Assembly (NCBI RefSeq): GCF_006345805.1
Contig: NW_021835891.1
Location: 1 to 58,052, forward strand
DNA length: 58,052 nt
DNA from: Octopus sinensis
Lineage: Eukaryota
Direction of reading: 5' to 3'
Below, one piece after another: positions 14,587 to 26,087 of this stretch; position 1 is the stretch's first letter; each line of letters starts with the position of its first letter. Both the position numbers and the translations under genes were made by a program. A model generated the notes under the pieces. That model was given only the letters and a program-made list of their open reading frames with translations. It did not search any database and was not told the origin of the DNA.

Positions 14587-14631
14587 GTACGACACCTGTT
14601 TCGACCCGTCATTCTAAGTCTCTTCGGGTAC
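14587..14631 (-). ncRNA. Minimal type I hammerhead motif with U4C core variant
   Basis: Minus strand reads GTAC-CCGAAGA-GAC(12 nt)GTC-GAAA-CAGGTG-TC-GTAC. All three stems and the GUC triplet are present. AATAAA follows immediately, as at Penelope pLTR ends. Confidence 0.72.
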
Positions 14632-14724
14632 ATCAGAAAAAGAGCCGCACTAGAAGTTTCTTGTGCCGGTTTGCTTAGCGCTATATGTCCATCAAACACA
14701 TTCCATCTCCTATTTTATTAGTAC

Positions 14725-14771
<47 letters not shown>

Positions 14772-15140
14772 TGTGTGTGTGTGTGTGGGTGTGTGAAATA
14801 TAAATTAGAGATGCAACCACTATTATGCAACTCAAACAGTGATAGACATAAACCAAAATATGAAAAACAAATAAAATATATTTTTACGAAACATATAACT
14901 AGATAACAAAAAGTATAAACTGAATAATCAATATATAATAAGTAAAAAAAACAAATTGAAACAAAAAATACAGAAAGAAAACACTGTTTGAGTTGCATAA
15001 TAGTGGTTTTATCTCTAATTTATATATTTATATACTTATATTGTGAAATTTTAATACTAAATTGAATTTTTGTCTGTATGTTTGGAGTTATACTCCCTAA
15101 TATTATAACATACATACATACATACATACATACATACATA

Positions 15141-15211
<71 letters not shown>

Positions 15212-15344
15212 GTTACTGCATGGTAAGAAGCTTGCTTCTCAACCACATAGTTCGGGGTTCAGTCTTATTATGTGGCACCTTGGACATATGTCTTCTACTA
15301 CAGCATCGGGTCGACAAAAGCCTTGTGAGTGGATTAGGTAGATG

Positions 15345-15521
15345 GAAACAAGAAGTTGTGGTGAATGAGTACAGCATGCTTCGCCACTACCCTCTGCCGG
15401 ATCCTCTTAGAGTTTCAAATGTTTTCGCTCAATAAACGCTTACACTGCCCGATCTGAGATTCGAAACCGCGATCTTATGATCCCGAGTCCGCTGCCCTAA
15501 CCACTGGGCCATTGCGCCTCC
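15345..15521 (-). mobile_element. SINE family A, partial
   Basis: Same tRNA-like head as 297-593. Confidence 0.8.
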
Positions 15522-16129
15522 ACGTTAGCTCTCCACATTTGAGCTGATTGCAATAACGAATGCATATATAAAACACGGGGCCGTGCTGTGAGCCAGAGTG
15601 GAAATTCAAACTTTATCTCAGGACGTTTCGTCGATGGAGAAAGAAAAAAAAAACCGAAACCTATATTAATCTGATTGGAGATACTATTACTACTCATTCA
15701 TCTATCAATTATGTATCTATTAACATTCGATCTATGCATTTATCTATTATATAGCCTCATAAATCCATCAGATATCACAGTTATTAAAATCCCATCCATC
15801 ACAGGCCTTCCACTTCGGGAGACTCTCCTTCAACCAATAGATAAATTACATGCAACGTCTATAGTAATTGCTTACAAACTGTTTTTTTCTCTTCTTCAAA
15901 TGGATTGGTAATCTTCTTTATTTACTCCTATTTACTCGGCAAAATCGATGGGAATGGCATCGTAGAGTTCTATTGACAATATCCTAGGATTGTCTGATTT
16001 TGTTTCTTGTTCATTATTCCTTTTGTGTATTGTTTTTTTGTTTCGGTTTGTTTGTTTGTTGATTGCGTTTGACATTAAACAACTCGTCTGTTCTGTGAAT
16101 CTGGAAATTACGTCGCGACTGTAACACAA

Positions 16130-16132
16130 GCA

Positions 16133-16163
<31 letters not shown>

Positions 16164-16674
16164 CACTCATACATTCATAATACATACATGCATACATACA
16201 TACACACATACATACTTTCATACATTCAAACATACATACATACATAGATAGATTCATACATACATACATACATATATACATACATACATACATATATATA
16301 TGCATACATACATACGTACATACATGCATACATACATACATACATACATACATACATAGATTCATACATACATACATACATATATACATACATACATACG
16401 TGCATTCATACATACATACATACATACGTACATACATACATACATGCATGCATACATGCATACATACATACGTACATACATACATACATTCATTCATTCA
16501 TACATACATACATACAAACATACATACATACATACACGCATACGTACATACATAATACATACATATATACATACATTCATACAAACATACATACATACGT
16601 ACATACGTACATACATAATACATACTTACACACACACATACATACATACACACATACATACATACATACGTACA

Positions 16675-16705
<31 letters not shown>

Positions 16706-17170
16706 CCAGAGAGAGAGAGAGAGAGGGGATGCGAACACTGAGACAGAGAGATGAAGAAAACAATGTAAAGAGAACGAACATCGGTATAGCAGAAATAAAT
16801 ACAAAGGACACACAGACACAATCAAACACTCACACGTACACACATTCACACACTCACACACAGGCAGAGAAACAGAGAGAATGAAAGGGAAAACAAGGGA
16901 GATAGCGAAAAGAGGAAGACGTTGCGGAAAGGAAAAAAGAAACGGTGGCAGAATATCAACATTATAGAAGAAAGAAGTAGAAATGATTCAACAGAGATTG
17001 GGACGAACACACTTACACACGCTCGCAAGAACACACACGCATGTTTGATACGATTCGGTATTTGGGTGTTTAGATTCTCTTGTATATCGTAGAGAAAGAC
17101 CACGAACACATACATACATACATACATATATACATACATACATACATACATACATACATACATACATACA

Positions 17171-17204
<34 letters not shown>

Positions 17205-17210
17205 CATAGG
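16130..17210. repeat. (TACA)n microsatellite field
   Basis: Visible directly. Similar TA, TG, TACA, TAGA and AAT tracts occur throughout the window. Confidence 0.95.
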
Positions 17211-17213
17211 CAC

Positions 17214-17600
17214 AGGAGTGTCTGTGTGGTAAGTAGCTTGCCTCTCAACCACATGGACCGGGTTCAGTCCCACTGCGTGTCACCTTGGGCAAGTGTCTTC
17301 TACTATAGCCTCGGACCGACCAAAGCCTTGAGAGTGGATTTGGTAGACGGAAACTGAAAGAAGCCCGTCGTATGTATACATATATACATATATATATAAA
17401 TGTGTGTGTGTGTTTGTCTCCCCAACACTATTGATTCACAATCGATGTTGATGCGTTTACCTTCCCGTAAATTAGCGGTTCAGCAAAAGAGACCGATAGA
17501 ATAAGTGCTAGGTTTACAAAGAATAAGTCCTGGCGTCGGTTTGTTTGACTAAAGGCGGCGCTCCAGCATGGCCGCAGTCAAATGACTGTAACAAATAAAA
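17214..17600 (+). mobile_element. SINE family D (AGGAGTGGCTGTGTGGTAAGTAGCTTGC...GCAGTCAAATGACTG)
   Basis: tRNA-like head, internal TA/TG microsatellite, conserved 3' half. Confidence 0.85.
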
Positions 17601-17735
17601 TTCCACGCTGGCATGGGTTGGACGGTTCGACCGGGGGTCTGGTAAGCCAGGAGGCTGCACCAGGCTCCAGTCTGATCTGGTAGTGTTTCTACAGCTGGAT
17701 GCCCTTCCTAACGCCAACCACTCCGAGTGTGTAGT
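17601..17735 (+). mobile_element. RTE-like LINE 3' end fragment
   Basis: GC-rich block ending TTTCTACAGCTGGATGCCCTTCCTAACGCCAACC, resembling RTE-type 3' UTRs; it leads into the 17736 tandem repeat. Confidence 0.45.
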
Positions 17736-17968
17736 GGCTGTTTTTTACGTGCCACCGGCACAGGGACCAGAGGGAGCTGGCATCGACCACGATCGAATGG
17801 TGCTTTTTACGTGCTACCGGTACAGGAGCCAGTCAAGACTGAGCTGGCATTGGCCACATTCGGATGGTACTTTTTACGTGCCACCAGGCACAGGAGCCAG
17901 TCGGGGCGAGGGGGCTGGCATCGACCACGTTTAGATGGTGCTTTTTACGTACCACCGGCACGGAGACC
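17736..17968 (+). repeat. 62-71-bp tandem repeat, about 3.5 units
   Basis: TTTTTACGT recurs with ACGT at 17747, 17809, 17876 and 17947. Confidence 0.9.
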
Positions 17969-18954
17969 ACAACTACAATTTATATATAAATTTATATATG
18001 TGTGTACGTGTGTGTGTGTGTGAACGTCTGAACGCGGCCACTGTATAAAAGTAAATTATGTTACACGCAAAGTATGTATTACGCAAAGAATTGGTTTGCT
18101 ATTCTACAGGTTGTTTTAAGTTTGATCGGTTCGCTACAAAAATGACGATGATGACGATGATGATTATGTTCATGACGACGACGACGACGACGGCGACCGC
18201 AACAATGACGACGGTGAGCACGATAGTGTTGATGATGATGATGATAATAACAGCGTAATTAATTCCAATACGGATTTACTTTCAGCTCTTGGCACAAGAC
18301 TTCTCCTTTCGTTGCTTCCCTCCATTTTCACCATTCCTTCGATACAAACCAGAATTGTTCTAATTGCCTGTAGGATAATTAAGTCTTGATACCAACACCC
18401 CACCGCACACCATCCCATCCCACCCCCACCCAACGGCGAATGAAAACCTAAATGAATCTCTAGTCGGGTTTGATCTTCGAACTGTGTGTCATGGGATTTT
18501 TCCTTATTGTAAATTAAATAGTTAATATCTGTATCTAAATATATTCGATTTTGACGCAACGCCTGGGGACGGTGATATTATTTTGAAGTAACACCCCAGG
18601 GGAATCGAAGAAAGGGTTATTATTCTCATCGACGATCTATAATTTATAGGGACATATTTAAATACCTCTGTAGTATTTCTTCTGCATCTCTACCGATTCA
18701 ACCGTTGACAGCCTTTAAAGGCTCTAAAATTACTTTACGGAACTCAAGGGCCTCGTAGATGGAATACTTGTATAATACAGAATGTGTTACAAAATACGAC
18801 ACGGATGGACAGACACACACGCACAAATATAAGGTATATGCTAAGGGGGATACAATTGTGTGTGTGTTTGTATCTGTGTACGTTTGTGTGTGTGTGTTTG
18901 TATGTGTCTATGTGTTTGTGTATGTCTATGTGTGTGTGTTTGTATGTGTGTTTG

Positions 18955-19895
18955 TGTGTGTGTGTTTGTCTGTGTGTGTGTGTTTGTCTGTGTGTGTGTG
19001 GTGTGTGTTTGTGCGTGTATGTGTGTGTTTCTGGGCGTATGTTTATGTGTATGTGTGTTTGTGTGTTTTTATTTTGTATGTGTGTGTTTCTGTGTGTGTG
19101 CATGCGCGCACGCTTGTTATATCGTGGAGGCGTGAGACTTAATGATTATGATGCTGCATTCGTGATCGTAACATTGTGGTTAGGGTGTTGGATTCATGAT
19201 CGTAAGATTGCGGTTTCAATTCCTAAACCGGTCGACGTGTCGTTTTCTTGAGCAAAACACTTTATTTTACATTACTGCAGTTTTTCCAGCTGGCAAAAGT
19301 GAGTTTCATCCTGCAATGGACTGGCGTCCCTTTCCGATAGAAAAAAATTAAACATCACGGACGCTAGGAAACCGGTATTATGGATGTATATGACTTGAGA
19401 AGGGTTTTAATGTGTGTGTGTGTGTGTGGTATGTGTGTGTGTGTGTGTGTTTGTCTGTGTGTGTGTGTGTGGTGTGTGTTTGTGCGTGTATGTGTGTGTT
19501 TCTGGGCGTATGTTTATGTGTATGTGTGTTTGTGTGTTTTTATTTTGTATGTGTGTGTTTCTGTGTGTGTGCATGCGCGCACGCTTGTTATATCGTGGAG
19601 GCGTGAGACTTAATGATTATGATGCTGCATTCGTGATCGTAACATTGTGGTTAGGGTGTTGGATTCATGATCGTAAGATTGCGGTTTCAATTCCTAAACC
19701 GGTCGACGTGTCGTTTTCTTGAGCAAAACACTTTATTTTACATTACTGCAGTTTTTCCAGCTGGCAAAAGTGAGTTTCATTCTGCAATGGACTGGCGTCC
19801 CTTTCCGATAGAAAAAAATTAAACATCACGGACGCTAGGAAACCGGTATTATGGATGTATATGACTTGAGAAGGGTTTTAATGTGTGTGTGTGTG
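18955..19895 (+). repeat. 471-bp direct tandem duplication
   Basis: CGCTTGTTAT at 19111 and 19582; GGGTTTTAA ending at 19410 and 19881. Confidence 0.92.
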
Positions 19896-20479
19896 TGTGT
19901 ATGACCAAGGAAGGCCATTTCTGACCATTTTCCATGCAAAATATAAGCAGCGACCGTACATAAGGTTATTGTATTTGCAGTCGGCTTCAATCGGGCACTT
20001 TCCCGCGGTTTCCATGCTTGTCGCAATACCCATCCACCCGACCAGGCGTCGTGAAGTTGCCCCGCCGGCGATCGTGCAACCTCACAGATCCTCACCACGC
20101 TATTCACATGATATACAGACAAGCCAGAGCAAGATTTACAGTTACCATATGGGTCACAGTCTGAGAGGTTTTAAAGCACCATAATCACAAGCGTAAGCAG
20201 AAGACTCCCAAAATGCCCCCATGCCATTCAATGCATATCCGCTTGTGTATCGGTGTGACCCGTCTCCGAGAGACATACTTTGACGAAAGCTGAGTGGTGC
20301 CTCACTTTCAGTGGTCACCCAGCACGCCGAACGCCAATCTGGAATTTCTGAGGTCCCGTGTTATTTATTTCTATGTGGTCGTTGAACCAATACTAGGATT
20401 ATCAATCCATGTGACGGGTGTATAAATATATATATAGTTAGATAGATATGAATATGTACACGTATATAAATATTTATAC

Positions 20480-20768
20480 ATACACACAGACACAGACACA
20501 CACACACACACAAACACACACACATATGTATATATGTGTGTGGCTGTGTGGTAAGAAGCTTGCTTTCCAACCACATAGTTCCAGGTTCAATCCAACTACA
20601 TGGTACTTTCGGAAAGTGGCTTCTACTATAGCTTCTAATAAAAAAAAAAACGTATAATAAATATACAGGTGAACGGAAAAAACGTATACTAAGTGCACAA
20701 ACAGACAGAAAACTCACACACACCGCACACACACACACACGCACACACACACACACACACGCACACCA

Positions 20769-20821
<53 letters not shown>

Positions 20822-21048
20822 TATGTATATATGTGTGTGGCTGTGTGGTAAGAAGCTTGCTTTCCAACCACATAGTTCCAGGTTCAATCCAACTACATGG
20901 TACTTTCGGAAAGTGGCTTCTACTATAGCTTCTAATAATAAAAAAACGTATAATAAATATACAGGTGAACGGAAAAAACGTATACTAAGTGCACAAACAG
21001 ACAGAAAACTCACACACACCGCACACACACACACACGCACACACACAC

Positions 21049-21088
<40 letters not shown>

Positions 21089-21090
21089 GC
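20480..21090 (+). repeat. 297-bp direct tandem duplication
   Basis: Unique cores 20524-20730 and 20821-21026, separated by (CA)n. Confidence 0.92.
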
Positions 21091-21124
21091 ACATATATAT
21101 ATATATATATTATATATACACATA

Positions 21125-21265
21125 CTTCGTTCAGGTTCCGTCTACCAGATCCTCTCAAAAGCCTTTGGTTGCCTCGAGGCTATAGTAGAAGTCACTTGCG
21201 CTAGGTGCCACTCAGTGGAATTGAACCCGGGACCACATGCCTGGAAAGCAAACTTCTTACTGCAC
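21125..21265 (-). mobile_element. SINE family D, 5' half
   Basis: Reverse complement of the family D head. Other partial heads at about 885-1027 (-), 15219-15345 (+), 20540 (+), 20839 (+) and 55198-55292 (+). Confidence 0.75.
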
Positions 21266-21384
21266 AAATATATAGTTACATATATATATGTATATTTATG
21301 CGTATTGTACATACATACATACACATATATATATATTTATATATATGTATATATACACATAAATATATGCAATAGATGTATATA

Positions 21385-21418
<34 letters not shown>

Positions 21419-21617
21419 TATATAACCGAGGAGTGTACAGTATATGCAATAGTATGTATTTATTTGAAGATATAGAAAAAGAATACAAAAACTTATATAT
21501 TCAAAAGAAACACAAAGCACATTAAATGCAATAACAAAAACCAATTATTTGTTAATTTTTGTCGCTTGTGTCATAATGTTTCTTCCGCGTCAGAGCTTCT
21601 CAGTTGATATATCTATC

Positions 21618-21654
<37 letters not shown>

Positions 21655-23320
21655 GATTTACAACCTCGATATTGAATTTATATTCAATCCTACATTAGAA
21701 CGAAAATGATAGAAATTATAGAATTTCTTGCGTAAGGAAATTGCTTGTAAACGGCAGATATATTCTGTTTATAGCAACTGGCGTTTTTTTTTTTTCTGAT
21801 AGAGAAACTTATTTGACATTTTAGAAATTGTTTATTTCTGATCGATTCGATTTTTTTAGACAATTGGTTTGAAATGTACATCATTTTTATTGTTTTGTTT
21901 GACGTGTTGTATTACTTCGTTTTATAAATTATTAAAGAACGGGGAGCTTGAATATGTGCTGGGTAATGTCCATGAAAATTGTTCGCAACCCTTAGGTTTT
22001 TGCTAAAATTTATGTGTAACAAATCGGTTATACTTCTACGATACACAAAATATTTTAACAATCTTTTTTTAATACAATTCCTAATATTTTAATTACAAGG
22101 AATTTCAACCGTGTTTCGTGGTCTGCTACCACAACAGCTCCTTTATAGGATCCAGTGAGCTCAAGACATCATCAGGAGGAACCATGTCCAGTTTCGGCCC
22201 CTACTCCTCTACCGTTTTGACATGGCTTGCCTCCCCCCCCACACCTTTCGGAGGTGTCTTCAGCTCTGGTGTTGGGTGCATGTCTTCTTTCTTCTGTTCC
22301 TTGGCCTCTTCGATGTGGCGTCAAAAAGTGTCAGCAGGCGATGGACTGTCTTGTCAAATTTCCTTTTAAATACCTGCTGCAAGGCTCCAGCAGGCAGCCC
22401 TAGCAAGTTGTCACGTGACACTGTCTCAACTTTAACTGATCAATGAAGGCGCGTAGTCTTAGCCCACGCATTCTCTAAACGAGACCATCACCTGTCAATC
22501 AACGAAGCTAATTCAGTGTTAGCCTGTCTCACTTAGTGGTGTTAATTTCCTGCCGGCATGTTATGACTTTCAAGCCATTTTTGGTCTTCCCGCTTCAGCC
22601 ATTATAGATGCTAGCTTTTCGACTACCTCCTGTACTCTCCTTATTATATAATGTGACTTTCTTAAACATCGAATGGCTATGGTGGTGGGGAGGGTCCAGT
22701 CGAATAAAATATGGATCGAAGCGATTCCTAGGCAAAACGATGGTTGAGAATCACTGTCCTACGACAAGCTGACAGTACCATTAGCAAGTCTCAGATACGA
22801 TGCTTAGCGGCATTTGTTCTCGTTTTTTACGATCTGACTTCAAATCCTGAAGAGACCAACATCGTTTTTTAAGGCCAATAATCTAAAGTACCAGGGTTAA
22901 GGCATAGTCTAATCTGCTGGCTCATACGGCGAATTTTTGCGTATATTAGAATCATAGAAAAGGAGCAATTTTAAGTGCTGATGGTCGGGGGGGGGGAGAT
23001 TCGTTATAGCATCGCATCCTGCCTAGGTCAACTTTTGTTTTTGCTTTTTGTTTTTTGTTGTTTTTTTTCATCTTGTCGGGGTCGACAAAATAAAGTACCT
23101 GTAAAGCACTGGCTATTGACGTCAGGTCAACGATGGGAAGGAAGGCTTCCTCTTGCAAATACTGATAGGGCGCAGAAAGTGTATCAATAGCCAGCTGGAG
23201 GAGGTGTCTTCCTGGGGCTACAAGCTACAGTAGCATCCACCCTTAGTGGTTAGCCACATTTAAATGGCAAATATACTTCACATTGTTGTGCAGCTACTGT
23301 TTATACCTCGTTCAGAGATT

Positions 23321-23367
<47 letters not shown>

Positions 23368-23656
23368 TTAATAATAATAATATGTGTGTGTGCGTATATG
23401 GTAGGCACTTTGGTGGTGGCTTTGGTGATCTCTGATATGACAAAAAGTTTAATTGTTTTACTTAATTACCTGTTCCTGTATTGACGTGTAAGTGGGTGAC
23501 ACGTTAACCATTAATGCCATTCAAAGTTAGAATAAGCGAGTCACAGAGTGTGGCAAGGCTGTACTTTTTGAGTTACAGCTCTTTTATATTTTTAATATTA
23601 CAAATTAGTACAACGTGTGACTACGGAAAGTGAAAAATAAATGCGCCCTTTTAAAA

Positions 23657-23874
23657 CCTAGCCAGGCTCACGGGCCCAGTTTCCCGGTTTCTATGGCGTA
23701 TCTGTTCCCCAGCTGGACGGGACGCCAGTCCATCGCAGCGTCACACATTTTTGCCAGCTTAGTGAACTGGAGCAATGTGAAATGAAATGTTTTGCTCAAA
23801 AACACATCGCATCACCCGGTCCAGGAATCGAAACCACAATCTTAAGATCATGATGCTGACACCCTAACCACGCC
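23657..23874 (-). mobile_element. tRNA-derived SINE, family B (head GTGGTTAGGGTGT...CATGATC.TAAGATTGTGGTTTCGATTCC)
   Basis: Homologous to 19176-19400 and to the second head of 52324-52857. Confidence 0.8.
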
Positions 23875-24022
23875 TAAGATTATCTCGCAGTGACAAAATG
23901 AAATTGTTAACGGCGTCTACACAAACACAGGTTCATTGTTTTTCATGTCTGTTTATTATTTGTTTTTACAAGATTGTTTAAATTTTCATGCAGTTACTTT
24001 ACTTTAGTTTTGCTTTGTGTAA

Positions 24023-24060
24023 AATTTATTTTAATTACTCTTTTCTTATTTTTATTTCAG
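24023..24060 (+). other. 3' splice acceptor (phase-2 intron) of the neuropeptide exon
   Basis: Long polypyrimidine tract ending TTTTTATTTCAG at 24060. In-frame stops at 24005, 24020 and 24032 and no in-frame ATG after them, so an upstream exon is required. FISNVLC|EE looks like the end of a signal peptide. Confidence 0.8.
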
Positions 24061-25807
24061 ATTTATCTCAAATGTATTATGCGAAGAAAAGAGGAATCTG
24101 GACTCAGTTGGTTCCGGCCTTATTAAAAGAAATTTGGATTCAGTCGGCTCTGGATTAATTAAAAGACAATTAGACTCAGTTGGGTCTGGACTTATTAAAA
24201 GGCAGCTGGATTCGGTCGGGTCGGGACTGATCAAGCGACAACTGGATTCTGTTGGTTCTGGATTGATCAAGAGAAACTTTGAAGATGGAAGTGAGTTTGA
24301 AGAAATACCATTAGACAATATTGAAGAAGATGCTCTTAAACGACAGTTAGATTCTGTAGGAGCTGGTCTAATCAAAAGACAGCTGGATTCAGTTGGGTCT
24401 GGGCTCATAAAAAAGAATTTGGACTCTGTCGGCTCCGGATTAATTCGTAGAAATTTCGATACAATTGGTTCTGGACTTATTAAAAAGAATTTAGATTCTG
24501 TCGGCTCTGGATTAATTCGAAGAAATTTTGATACAATTGGGTCTGGACTTATTAAAAAGAATTTAGATTCCGTCGGTTCTGGATTAATTCGCAGAAATTT
24601 GGATTCTGTTGGATCTGGACTAATTAAAAAGAATTTGGACTCTGTCGGTTCTGGATTAATTCGAAGAAATTTCGATACTATTGGGTCTGGACTTATTAAA
24701 AAGAATTTGGATTCTGTTGGCTCTGGATTAATTCGCAGAAATTTAGATTCTGTTGGATCTGGGCTCATAAAAAAGAATTTGGATTCTGTTGGCTCTGGAT
24801 TAATTCGTAGAAATTTCGACACTGTTGGTTCTGGTCTTATCAAAAAGAATTTGGATTCCGTCGGTTCTGGATTAATTCGAAGAAATTTGGATTCTGTTGG
24901 CTCTGGATTAATTCGTAGAAATTTGGATTCTGTTGGCTCTGGATTAATTCGTAGAAATTTGGATTCTGTTGGCTCTGGATTAATTCGAAGAAATTTGGAT
25001 TCTGTTGGATCTGGATTAATTAAAAAGAATTTGGACTCTGTCGGTTCTGGATTAATTCGAAGAAATTTCGACACTGTTGGTTCTGGTCTTATCAAAAAGA
25101 ATTTGGATTCCGTCGGTTCCGGATTAATTCGAAGAAGTTTCGATACTGTTGGATCTGGACTAATTCGTAGAAATTTGGATTCTGTTGGATCTGGACTAAT
25201 TAAAAAGAACTTGGATTCTGTCGGTTCCGGATTAATTCGTAGAAATTTGGATTCTGTTGGATCTGGACTAATTAAAAAGAATTTGGACTCGGTCGGCTCC
25301 GGATTAATTCGTAGAAATTTCGATACTGTTGGATCTGGACTTATTAAAAAGAACTTGGATTCTGTTGGCTCTGGATTAATTCGAAGAAATTTCGATACTA
25401 TTGGGTCTGGACTAATTAAAAAGAATTTAGATTCTGTCGGCTCCGGATTAATTCGAAGAAATTTGGATTCTGTTGGATCTGGACTAATTAAAAAGAATTT
25501 GGACTCTGTCGGTTCTGGGCTCATCAAAAGGCAGCTAGACTCCGTTGGATCTGGTCTTATTCGAAGGAATTTTGACACTGTCGGCTCTGGGTTAATACGA
25601 AGGAATCTGGACTCTGTTGGGTCCGGGCTTATCAAAAGACAGCTAGATTCCGTTGGATCAGGTTTGATTAAAAGAAATTTCGATTCTATTGGATCTGGTC
25701 TGATCAGGCGGAGATTTGAAACAGCACAAACCGGTTTACTGGCAAGACTAACAGAATGTTTGTATCATGCTGACAAGAAGAGTAAATGCCTTCTTCGAAT
25801 GGAATAG
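24061..25807 (+). CDS. Terminal coding exon of a multi-copy neuropeptide precursor (pedal peptide/orcokinin-B-like), 581 codons plus stop; 43 decapeptides separated by KR/RR/KK
   Basis: The frame is open from 24062 (FISNVLCEEKR-NLDSVGSGLI-KR...) to TAG at 25805-25807. The ORF track starts late, at an internal TTG (24134). Peptides: 26x NLDSVGSGLI, 6x QLDSVGSGLI, 4x NFDTIGSGLI, 4x NFDTVGSGLI, and one each of QLDSVGAGLI, SFDTVGSGLI and NFDSIGSGLI. One acidic spacer and a 30-aa tail. Repeats differ mostly at synonymous positions, as expected for real coding sequence. The family call rests on the [F/L]D[S/T][I/V]G motif; exact orthology is uncertain. Confidence 0.93.
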
Positions 25808-26047
25808 ACCAACAAACGCCATGACAACAATGAGTAAAGGAAAATAATTCAAAAAATAATAAAACACGACGACACAAAAGCGGAAATTTAAACAACACAA
25901 AAGAAATTGAACAGAAACGAACAACAGCAATGAAAACAATGCAGGACGCAGCATCACTATCATCGATCTTTCTCAATAGTTATTGGGTTTTGTGTTTGTT
26001 TGTTTTTTTCTCAAAAGAAATACGTGATGCATAATGGATAACAACTT

Positions 26048-26087
<40 letters not shown>

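Noticed and set aside
17736-17968. CRISPR-like repeat/spacer appearance (also 36585-37105)
   Set aside because: Eukaryotic context, variable parts only 6-13 nt or absent, degenerate repeats and no cas genes.
19890-20360. GC-richer block with short ORFs (also 2707-2930 and 42480-42720)
   Set aside because: The frames I translated gave no recognisable domain. Probably old transposon fragments; a TBLASTX against repeat libraries would be needed.
22090-22270. Hammerhead-like pieces on minus (CTGATGA; GTGG..CCAC-GAAAC; CTGAAGA-CACC..GGTG)
   Set aside because: Core halves do not assemble into one motif with correct spacing and stem I. At most a decayed Penelope-like relic.
23117-23124. Perfect CRE palindrome TGACGTCA about 940 bp upstream of the neuropeptide exon
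   Set aside because: About one such 8-mer is expected by chance in 58 kb, it lies at the edge of a decayed SINE, and the promoter position is unknown.
24052-25635. 527-aa antisense ORF (MISPDPTESRFLRINPEP...)
   Set aside because: It is the mirror of the 36-bp repeat, which happens to lack stops in that frame. The sense frame shows synonymous-site variation and prohormone architecture; the antisense frame has no independent support.
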